NCBI GenBank assembly: GCA_008080735.1
Contig: SHMW01000103.1
Location: 1-12,401 of the forward strand
DNA: 12,401 bases
Reading direction: 5' to 3'
From: Promethearchaeota archaeon
GTDB lineage: Archaea; Asgardarchaeota; Lokiarchaeia; Sigyniarchaeales; SOKP01
In this document: in pieces, positions 1 through 7,429 of the stretch
How the letters are laid out: each line of letters starts with the position of its first letter
Numbering within the stretch: the stretch's first letter is position 1
Notes under the pieces: model-generated
The model's database searches: none
What the model saw: only the letters and a program-made list of their open reading frames with translations
What the model was told of the DNA's origin: nothing
Made by a program: the position numbers and the translations under genes

Positions 1-30
1 GGAAAAAATAATAGAAAAGAGGAGGAATTC

Positions 31-1530
31 TCATCTAATTTCTTTTAGAAGTGTTTTCAAAAAATTCCAAGATTTTTCGACACTATTTACCTTCAATTTT
101 TCATCGGGAGAATGGCATGCTTCAATCGTGGGTCCTATCGTAATTATTTCTAGCTCAGGACACTTATTTTTAAAAATACCGCATTCCAAGACCGCATGAA
201 CAGATCTTATCTCAGGTTCCTTGCCATATAGAGTTTTATAAATTAATTGAGAAAATGTTAGGAATTCAGTATCTAGCTCTGGATTCCATACGCCGAATTC
301 TCCTGCTTCGTTGATTTTGTATCTCAAATTTGATAATTCCAATAATGAGTCAATACCCATAGAAATCTCTAAAATATTTTGCTGATCAAAACTTCTATGA
401 TACATTTCAATCTGAATTTTGTTCTTTCTCGTTTCAAGTGTTCCTAAATTAGTAGAGGTATGTACGAGATTTTCAAGCTGAGGGTGCCAATAAATTGGTC
501 CGAACGGTAATAGATAAAGTATGTTTAGGATTTTTGTTTGGATTTCTTTTTGCAAAACATCATATTTAGGGGTATTTTTCTGAAGCTCTTCATAAGTGAT
601 TTGAATATCCTCTTCAAATCCTTCATACCTTTTTTTAAAACGCTTCTCTGTTTGAGTTAAAAGCGTTTTTAGCTGGTTTAAATCCATTTCTTTTATATAA
701 AAACTTGCTGAAGCCTCTCGTGGAATCGCGTTGAAGCTTTCCCCTCCTTCCACGGATAGAAGATACAACCCAATATCTTTATCGATCTTTTTTAAGATCT
801 CTACAACCAGCTTTATCGCATTTGCTCTCCCCTTATCTATATCAATACCAGAATGCCCTCCCAATAAACCTTTAACAGAAACAGCCACTGGTGTGAAATC
901 ATCATCAATTGGAGTATTATTATCTCGTTTAATCTTTATATTAAAAACAGAATATCGACAATCCGTACTCCCAACTATAATGCTCTCTGCTTCCATACAA
1001 TCTAAATTAATTAAATAATCTCCATCAATAAGTTCTTTATCAATATGGAGTGCCCCGGTGAGTCCCGCTTCTTCATTCACCGTAAATATTATTCTGAGGT
1101 TAATCTTATCAAATTCTAATTCTTCCTCATATATTTTTTCCATAAGAGCTAATGAAAGTGCTAAACCTACCCCGTTGTCAGCACCCAATGAAGTCCCTTC
1201 GGCGGTAACCCAAGCTTCACTGTCAATTTCCACAGTTTTAAGCTTTAATGGATCTTGAGAAAAATCATGATCGACATTTTCATTCTTTTCACATACCATA
1301 TCCATATGACTCTGAAGTATCAGTAGATGTGCGTCTGGATCACTTGAAGGAATATTTATTATAAGATTACCCGCTGTATCAATTTCATTCTCGAATCCAA
1401 ATCGATTTGCTTCATTTTTAATATATTCGCGGATTTGTTCTTCTTTTCCAGAACATCGAGGTATCTGCGAAATAGCTTGGAAGTATTTCCAAAATTCTTC
1501 TGGATGACCTAAATTTTTTCCCTCTAACAT
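31..1530 (-). CDS. pepD: M20C family metallopeptidase, aminoacyl-histidine (beta-Ala-His) dipeptidase PepD-like
   Basis: 499 aa ORF with PepD motifs: ISQIPRCSGKE, LQSHMDMVCEK, GTSLGADNG, VNEEAGL, LINLD, GLLGGHSG, GRANAIK, NAIPREA, TSTNLG, HAVLECG, HSPDE. Confidence 0.92.
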   Translation of the reverse strand: MLEGKNLGHPEEFWKYFQAISQIPRCSGKEEQIREYIKNEANRFGFENEIDTAGNLIINIPSSDPDAHLLILQSHMDMVCEKNENVDHDFSQDPLKLKTVEIDSEAWVTAEGTSLGADNGVGLALSLALMEKIYEEELEFDKINLRIIFTVNEEAGLTGALHIDKELIDGDYLINLDCMEAESIIVGSTDCRYSVFNIKIKRDNNTPIDDDFTPVAVSVKGLLGGHSGIDIDKGRANAIKLVVEILKKIDKDIGLYLLSVEGGESFNAIPREASASFYIKEMDLNQLKTLLTQTEKRFKKRYEGFEEDIQITYEELQKNTPKYDVLQKEIQTKILNILYLLPFGPIYWHPQLENLVHTSTNLGTLETRKNKIQIEMYHRSFDQQNILEISMGIDSLLELSNLRYKINEAGEFGVWNPELDTEFLTFSQLIYKTLYGKEPEIRSVHAVLECGIFKNKCPELEIITIGPTIEACHSPDEKLKVNSVEKSWNFLKTLLKEIR

Positions 1531-1785
1531 TATAATCTAATTTAGAATGCATTTTAAAAACATAAATATTTTTCTGCTTTATATTTAATCTCTCAATGTT
1601 CTTTAAAAAAAATTCTTACTCGGGATTCAGACCATTTTAAATTACTTCTTTTCTTGAATTTAAATAATTGTTTAAATCTTTTTATGGAGTAATTTAACTA
1701 AAGTTAAAATGGTGTTAGAAAAAAGCTAGACTACATAAAAATGTAAAATGAACCTAAATTGGGTTCTATTTTAGAAAAATATAAT

Positions 1786-1798
1786 AAAGATTTATAAA
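1786..1798 (+). promoter_or_regulatory. Candidate archaeal BRE/TATA box for aIF1
   Basis: AAAGA followed by TTTATAAA (1791-1798), about 80 nt upstream of the proposed start. The region is very AT-rich and has other TATA-like words, so the assignment is weak. Confidence 0.3.
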
Positions 1799-1878
1799 AA
1801 ATGTTAATGTTATAATATAGTGTTAATGCAATTTTTATCGATAATATACAATTAACAAAAAAGTTGTGAAAATTTAAA

Positions 1879-2202
1879 ATTAGCGAAGATAGAGATATCT
1901 GTCCTGTTTGTTCGTTGCCGAAAGAGCTCTGTGTTTGTTCAGATTTATCGGCTGACGAGCAAGAAATCGTAATTTCCAATGATCGAAGAAAATGGGGAAA
2001 AGTGGTCACTCTCATCTCATTTAAAGGAAACACCGACGCTGATTTAGATAATATGCTCACAAAAGCCAAGAAAAAAGTGGGTGCAGGAGGGACTCTACGC
2101 GGAAAAAATGTGTTAGAATTACAAGGAGAACATAAATTTCGCATGAAGAAATTCCTAATAGACCATGGATACGATGAGGACAGGATCAGAATTAAAATGT
2201 AA
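1879..2202 (+). CDS. sui1: Archaeal translation initiation factor aIF1 (SUI1/eIF1/YciH family) with N-terminal Cys4 zinc-binding motif; probable ATT start, 107 aa
   Basis: SUI1 motifs DRRKWGKVVT, GAGGT and VLELQGEH. The frame of the 1915 ORF stays open upstream as ATT AGC GAA GAT AGA GAT ATC TGT CCT GTT TGT TCG TTG CCG (ISEDRDICPVCSLP), completing CPVCSLPKELCVC. In-frame TGA at 1867-1869. The family call is strong; the exact start is inferred. Confidence 0.9.
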   Translation: MSEDRDICPVCSLPKELCVCSDLSADEQEIVISNDRRKWGKVVTLISFKGNTDADLDNMLTKAKKKVGAGGTLRGKNVLELQGEHKFRMKKFLIDHGYDEDRIRIKM

Positions 2203-2227
2203 GTGAATTTTCCAATTAGAAGTAATC

Positions 2228-2264
2228 TTTTTAATATCTATTTTTTTTATTCATCCATTTTTTT
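2228..2264 (+). terminator. Oligo-T tracts downstream of aIF1 (archaeal-type intrinsic terminator candidate)
   Basis: Three T runs within about 60 nt of the aIF1 stop, in a convergent intergenic region. Confidence 0.45.
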
Positions 2265-2322
2265 ATATATTTTCAAGAAGATAGTCCCGATGAGAGTAGA
2301 AATCTATTCTTAAAAGACCACT

Positions 2323-2340
2323 AAAAAAAAGGAAGAGAAG
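2323..2340 (-). terminator. Pyrimidine/oligo-T tract downstream of the 7TM gene
   Basis: The minus strand reads CTTCTCTTCC followed by T8, starting 20 nt after the stop at 2360. Confidence 0.4.
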
Positions 2341-2359
2341 TATGATTATTTTTAATTTT

Positions 2360-3094
2360 CTAAACATCTTTTATTAAAAGATTAGCTAACTTTTTAGGAA
2401 GGAAAAATCCAAAATAATAACTTATCACGCTAATTATCAAGAGTATTTTAATAAAAATCACCAAAAAAAGAGAAGTCCAGCTGAATGAATCCAAGATCGC
2501 TCCAATAGTAAAAAATATAAACGCGATTAATAGAAACCGTCCTTTCCACTGAATCTTGGGTTCTGTGGAGCGCAAAGCATCATAACTTAGGATAGAACCA
2601 GTGATCAATGCAATAAGGGCTGCTATAATCGCAAACAATAGAGTTATAACTGATCGAGATACGATATAATTCGCTCCAATTGTTCCAACCAAGCTTGGTT
2701 CAACAAAAAGGAAAATTATCAATAAAACTTCATAAGCACCGAATACTATAATGAAAGGAATTAATATTTCGTTCTTTTTATTTTCATAAAGGAGCATCGT
2801 AAAGGAATATATCCAACATAAAATCGCTGGAGCTATAAGTCCATTAACTATGAATAGTGTTGCATATGTGTTTATTGGCATATCTAAGAGCCAGAGTGAT
2901 AAAAAGTTAAACGCTGATTGCCACCATGAACTTGTTAGGAAAATATAGGCAAGTCCGACGGTTATAAAAGTCTTATTTTTACTCCTAAAATATTTCAGGA
3001 TTATCCTAATTCCAATTATTACTGTTATTACTACAAAGAGTAAACTGAAAATACCTCTAATTAATTCTAGATCTGATAAATCTTGAAAAGCCAT
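2360..3094 (-). CDS. Uncharacterised polytopic membrane protein (about 7 TM helices), paralog of 11849..12133
   Basis: 244 aa with about seven hydrophobic segments by eye, separated by short charged loops (KYFRSKNK, YENKKNE, RSTEPKIQWKGR). Its N-terminus aligns with the ORF at 11849. Confidence 0.85.
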   Translation of the reverse strand: MAFQDLSDLELIRGIFSLLFVVITVIIGIRIILKYFRSKNKTFITVGLAYIFLTSSWWQSAFNFLSLWLLDMPINTYATLFIVNGLIAPAILCWIYSFTMLLYENKKNEILIPFIIVFGAYEVLLIIFLFVEPSLVGTIGANYIVSRSVITLLFAIIAALIALITGSILSYDALRSTEPKIQWKGRFLLIAFIFFTIGAILDSFSWTSLFLVIFIKILLIISVISYYFGFFLPKKLANLLIKDV

Positions 3095-3588
3095 TTTTTC
3101 ACGATAGAGTGAGATTTACTTATTAAATATATTCTTAAGAGAATATAATTAAGGAGAAATTAAAATTATTTGCATACAAAAATTCTCTATGTCCCCATGC
3201 TCAGTTAGGTAAATTTGGAGAAATGGAATATTTGCCTATTTATTTACCTATTTATTAAGAACATTAATATTCATTTGGGATAAAAGAATTTTTTTGAAAG
3301 AAGTGGAATTCATCCAATTCTTTTTAAAACTCCAGTAAATTTGATGAGCTTGATTTTAAGTTTTAATCCGAATTTTAATTTGACAAAATTAATTATTAGG
3401 CAAAACGTCAAATATGTGAATTGAAAAATGCAAAAAAGTCCAGAAGAACCCTATTTGGATTATAGTTTTGATTCTGAAACCAATTTTATTGCTCACTTTA
3501 AGGTCTTAATATGAAAAAATCGAATGAAAAGAATTTAGATCGCAACATAAAGAAATTAGATAATCTTGCTTTCTTCGGAATAGGTTTA

Positions 3589-3858
3589 CTATTTTAAAGG
3601 TGTATTTCCAAGATGTGTTTTATAGTACCTCTTGATTCGAAGATATTTCTGAAAATAATCTTTATATTTCATTTCATTCAAGTTAATTGAAAGAATTAAC
3701 CTTTCTAATTTTTTAAATTTAAGTGGAAAAAAATCTGTTACTGTGTCTGTTTCGATTGCCAGTATCATATTCTCAATTAGCTTTCTTAATTGTGTTTTTC
3801 TTATGGTCCCACTACAAGTATCCTTAATAACATCATAAACCTCCTTTAAAATACCCAT
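3589..3858 (-). CDS. Hypothetical small basic protein (89 aa)
   Basis: ATG start preceded by a strong SD (AAGAGGTGAATT-ATG on the minus strand). No motif recognised. Confidence 0.65.
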   Translation of the reverse strand: MGILKEVYDVIKDTCSGTIRKTQLRKLIENMILAIETDTVTDFFPLKFKKLERLILSINLNEMKYKDYFQKYLRIKRYYKTHLGNTPLK

Positions 3859-3861
3859 AAT

Positions 3862-3868
3862 TCACCTC
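3862..3868 (-). promoter_or_regulatory. Shine-Dalgarno site GAGGTGA
   Basis: Plus strand TCACCTC at 3862-3868, 3 nt from the ATG at 3858. Confidence 0.6.
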
Positions 3869-4024
3869 TTTATTTATAATTTAAAATTTTTAAAATGGTA
3901 AGGATAAATAATTTTGGTCATATTTAAATCACTAGAGGGGTCATTGAAAGTAGAATTATGAAAAAGAAAGATTCTAGTCTTGAAAAACGGATATTTAGAA
4001 CAATTGAAATTTACTACGGTAATT

Positions 4025-4687
4025 TCACGGCTTATTTGAGTCCATGTAATTTTTTATATATCTTTTCACTTCATCTGCTGGTTTTATTATCCCAAAATGC
4101 CCCTCGCATAAAATATCGGGTTCTAAATCAAGTAATCTCTGCATCGAGTTTTGGTATTCGTTTAAATTGGATCCGAAACTTTCATAAAAAGGCCCATGGA
4201 TGTCTTGACCAAATAAAATTTTTTTTCCTGCCTTCTCTACCAAGACAGAAATTGAACCTGGAGTATGTCCGGGCGTATGAATTATTCTTAATTCTAAATC
4301 ACCTAAATTTAGTGTTTCTATCTCTTTAGTAAATTTTTTATAGAGTTTCACTGGGTTATATTTTGTTCCATACCACGATGCGGCAGTTTGTTGATCATGC
4401 CCTTGCTCTTCTATTGCTTGTGCATCTGCCTCATGAGCATAAAATTTAACATCAGGATTTAGTTCCTTGAGATGGTAACATGCTTCGATATGATCTATAT
4501 GGCAATGTGTTATAATGCAGTGATTTATTTGTTTGGGATCAAATCCCTCATCAGAGATATCCATTATCATATCAATATCCATTCCACAATCAATCAAAAC
4601 CAATCCATTCTCAGCCATCGTGTCGATTAGATATACTTGACAGCCTGAGAGTCCTATGTAATAAATACCATCTACTATTTTTTTCAT
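4025..4687 (-). CDS. MBL-fold metallo-hydrolase (glyoxalase II-like)
   Basis: LIDCG, THCHIDH (HxHxDH), HTPGHTPGS, LFGQDIHG and LCEGH motifs. Confidence 0.93.
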   Translation of the reverse strand: MKKIVDGIYYIGLSGCQVYLIDTMAENGLVLIDCGMDIDMIMDISDEGFDPKQINHCIITHCHIDHIEACYHLKELNPDVKFYAHEADAQAIEEQGHDQQTAASWYGTKYNPVKLYKKFTKEIETLNLGDLELRIIHTPGHTPGSISVLVEKAGKKILFGQDIHGPFYESFGSNLNEYQNSMQRLLDLEPDILCEGHFGIIKPADEVKRYIKNYMDSNKP

Positions 4688-4748
4688 ATTTTTGTTATAG
4701 TGTTATTCTATTAATTTTTGTGAATTGTATTAAATCATCAAAGCAATT

Positions 4749-5576
4749 TTATAATAGTTTTTTTTTATTGTGAATATAATTAATTATTAGAACTGTGAGC
4801 ATGAGCGACATTTCTGCTGAAAAGAGAATATCAGACGCGAAATGTGCTCCTATTAAAACTCTTGATATTGCTACAAAGAACGCCCATCCGATAATGATAA
4901 AGGACAATATGCAGTGATATAGCTTCTTAATTTTTAACCTATTGATAATTAGAATTAAGGGAATGGTTATAAACCCCATAGCTGAATGCCCTGAGGGGAA
5001 GGATTTATTACCCGTAGGACCTCTTGGAATAAACCAAGGAGTATAATTTTCAAAACCTGGTAAAAGATCTCTGTACCGAACACGTCCCCACACAATTTTA
5101 GTTATTTGGACAAATAAGATAACATTTAAAATCGTCACTATAAAAATAACCCAAGCGAATGTCTTATAGTCATTCCAATCTTTCTTAATAGTTATAAGGA
5201 AAAACAAAATAAATATAGTAATTATACTAAGACTATCTATTATTCCTTTTAAGGAATTCGAGCTTATTGCTACAAACAAATATATTAATCCAATTATTAG
5301 TGGAGCTATTAATCCAAGTTTTTGTTTTCTTAAATCTTTATAATTCTTTCCTATTAATATCGCGATACTAATCCCAATTAATCCATATCCGGGTGCTTCT
5401 CCAAAATCTCTACCAAACTCTCCAGCTATAGAATCCGAATTCACGATGAATTGAGAAATCTGTAAATCAAATAAACCAAAAATTATTGCTAAACTAATCC
5501 AACTTACTATAATTAAGAAAAAGAGTAATTTATATTTTCGACTTATCCATTTCATTTCAAATTTCAAATCAGCCAC
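4749..5576 (-). CDS. PAP2-family membrane phosphatase (lipid/polyprenyl phosphate phosphatase-like)
   Basis: C1 KIVWGRVRY, C2 SFPSGH, C3 SRVLIGAHFASD, with multiple TM segments. The start may be the GTG at 5576 or the downstream ATG (MKWISRK). Confidence 0.92.
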   Translation of the reverse strand: MADLKFEMKWISRKYKLLFFLIIVSWISLAIIFGLFDLQISQFIVNSDSIAGEFGRDFGEAPGYGLIGISIAILIGKNYKDLRKQKLGLIAPLIIGLIYLFVAISSNSLKGIIDSLSIITIFILFFLITIKKDWNDYKTFAWVIFIVTILNVILFVQITKIVWGRVRYRDLLPGFENYTPWFIPRGPTGNKSFPSGHSAMGFITIPLILIINRLKIKKLYHCILSFIIIGWAFFVAISRVLIGAHFASDILFSAEMSLMLTVLIINYIHNKKKLL

Positions 5577-5601
5577 TCTAATAAAATAGATTATATTTTT
5601 A

Positions 5602-6339
5602 TTATATTTTTGAGCTCATTCTATTTAATTTATCGGGATAATCTGTATAAACTGCATCAACCATTTGGCCATTTTCTCTCATCCTTAGAATCTTTTTCAT
5701 TCGGATCCGCGTATTTACCCCCCAAATAAAGCATTTAAAGTCTTTTTTGATTATAAAATGAAAATTCTCGTTCATATATCTGTTTGCTTTAATATTTAAA
5801 GTCTTTATGCTTAGATCTCTTAGTAATTCAAAATCAATATCATTGTCTTCTATTTTAGGTATATTATGAGGAACTGTATGAACTAATTTTACGCTTTTAT
5901 TATATTTTCTTAGTTTTTTTAGATTCTTTATCTGTGTTTCTGTGATTATAATGTTAGGAAGAAGATTTTCCTCATTTGCTAATTTAATTATTCCAATTCC
6001 TGCATCAATACTGCCGATATCGAAACTATAAAGAAGATTATTATAACAATCGTGATTAAAGTACTCAAATACTTCTTTAAGATGAGGGATTTGACGCTGA
6101 TCACCGAATTTAATTTTTCTTAGCTCTTCAAACGTGATATTACTGATTTTGTACCATTGGTTCTTAATTTTAAATCCTGGATCATGAAAACATACCAAAA
6201 CATTATCTCTTGTCAATCTAATATCCGTTTCTATGTTTGCGTTCATTTCGACTGCTTTTCTAAACGAAGAGATAGTATTTTCTACACAATACCCCGAAGC
6301 TCCTCTGTGCCCGAATATGATTGGGTTTTTCATTTTCAC
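5602..6339 (-). CDS. Glycerophosphodiester phosphodiesterase (GDPD, GlpQ/UgpQ family), cytoplasmic
   Basis: IFGHRGASGY..ENT, IETDIRLTRD, VCFHD, WGVN and VDAVYTDYPD motifs. The true start may be the ATG at 6333. Confidence 0.93.
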   Translation of the reverse strand: MKMKNPIIFGHRGASGYCVENTISSFRKAVEMNANIETDIRLTRDNVLVCFHDPGFKIKNQWYKISNITFEELRKIKFGDQRQIPHLKEVFEYFNHDCYNNLLYSFDIGSIDAGIGIIKLANEENLLPNIIITETQIKNLKKLRKYNKSVKLVHTVPHNIPKIEDNDIDFELLRDLSIKTLNIKANRYMNENFHFIIKKDFKCFIWGVNTRIRMKKILRMRENGQMVDAVYTDYPDKLNRMSSKI

Positions 6340-6559
6340 ATATGTATGATTTTTCTTTTATGTTTTTTTAGATAACACTCCTTTTCTCTACCTACCCCTA
6401 TTACTAAGAATAATGATGCATTCTTAATATAAAAATTTATAATCTGAGTTCTCAAAATGAATATCCCAATTGATTGAGTTTTCCTTTTCTCTTATTTATA
6501 AACATTAGGTTTAAATTCACATTCTTCCTAATTTTGCTCTAAGAAAAAAATTACTCGAG

Positions 6560-7303
6560 TTGATAACCGTTATCGAAATAAGAAAACCGAACGAAATTTA
6601 TCACGCACATGGTAGAATCAAGCATGGGACATTTGACGGTCGGTGGCACTTTTCCTTTGGACAGAACTATGATCCCGAAAATATTCACTTTGGCACACTT
6701 CGAGTTTTCAATGATGATACATTATCCCCTGGGGCTATATGGCCACTCCATCATCATACCAAAAACGAGGTGGTTACCTATTGCGCTGAGGGAGAATTTA
6801 AACACGCAGATGAAAATGGAGAAGGGGGAATCTTGAAGAAAGGTTGGGTTCAACATACAACTATTGGAAAAGGAATGGATCATTCGGAAATTAATAATAA
6901 TCCCGATAAACCTATGAGATTCATTCAGATGTGGTTTTATCCCGAGCAATTAGGCTTAACACCTTCAGTTGAACAAATGAAAGTAAATAAACAAGACAGA
7001 ACAAATAAATACTTACCTCTTGTCTCAAATTTACATGATGATGCGCTGCCTATTCGATCTGATGCTATGGTGTGCTCTTGTTTTTTAGAAAAAGACAATA
7101 GTCTCTCTTATAATATTCGGGATAATTGGGGGGTCTATCTTTATATTCTTGAAGGGGGTCCCATAAAACTGGAAGAGAAAGAGATGATTGCCCTTTCTGC
7201 CGCAAAAGTAAAGGAAGAGGCTACAATAAAAGTTCAAGCCGAATCTGATGTAGAAATACTTCTGGTTGAATGTAGTTTAGTTGCTCCTTATATTGGTAGA
7301 TAA
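6560..7303 (+). CDS. Pirin family bicupin protein (YhhW-like)
   Basis: WHFSFGQNYDP, FGTLRVFNDD, PLHHH..NEVVTY, HADENG, GKGMDHSE and FIQMWFYP motifs. TTG start. Confidence 0.92.
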   Translation: MITVIEIRKPNEIYHAHGRIKHGTFDGRWHFSFGQNYDPENIHFGTLRVFNDDTLSPGAIWPLHHHTKNEVVTYCAEGEFKHADENGEGGILKKGWVQHTTIGKGMDHSEINNNPDKPMRFIQMWFYPEQLGLTPSVEQMKVNKQDRTNKYLPLVSNLHDDALPIRSDAMVCSCFLEKDNSLSYNIRDNWGVYLYILEGGPIKLEEKEMIALSAAKVKEEATIKVQAESDVEILLVECSLVAPYIGR

Positions 7304-7429
7304 TATTTAGAAAAGTTTATTCTACTTATAAAGTCATAAAAATTATTTTTATCAAGACTTTAATATAATTATCTCTATTAATTTTAAGAAACATTAGGAA
7401 ATTACACATCTCTTCACTGCTAAGGAAAA

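Noticed and set aside
731-1258. Plus-strand ORFs 731..1018 and 1058..1258
   Set aside because: Antisense shadows of pepD with no recognisable motifs.
1745-1772. Imperfect inverted repeat AAAATGAACC...GGTTCTATTTT upstream of aIF1
   Set aside because: Short, bulged and mostly A/T; cannot be told from chance without comparative data.
1864-1869. TTG start followed by TGA read as selenocysteine, giving aIF1 a canonical start
   Set aside because: Sec at residue 2 outside any redox motif is implausible, and I see no convincing SECIS downstream.
1915-1917. TTG as the aIF1 start, as given in the ORF track
   Set aside because: It is the Leu of the conserved (G/S)LPKELC motif, and starting there would delete half of the Cys4 site.
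1731-2144. Minus-strand 137 aa ORF
   Set aside because: Antisense to the well-supported aIF1 gene and its promoter region; no family features.
2286-2318. CCGATGA-stem-AAAA resembling a hammerhead ribozyme core or SECIS
   Set aside because: There is a 9-bp hairpin (2291-2312, two G-U pairs). However, the hammerhead CUGAUGA and GAAA boxes are both broken and the SECIS spacing does not fit. It is more likely a simple hairpin between convergent genes.
2360-3094. Microbial rhodopsin, because of 7 TM and a Lys in the last helix
   Set aside because: There is no DxxxK or SxxxK retinal-binding motif in helix 7 and no RYxxW-like motif in helix 3.
3958-4329. Plus-strand 123 aa ORF
   Set aside because: Mostly antisense to the MBL hydrolase; no motifs.
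6157-6949. ORFs 6157..6375 (+), 6609..6836 (+) and 6722..6949 (-)
   Set aside because: Alternative-frame or antisense overlaps of the GDPD and pirin genes.
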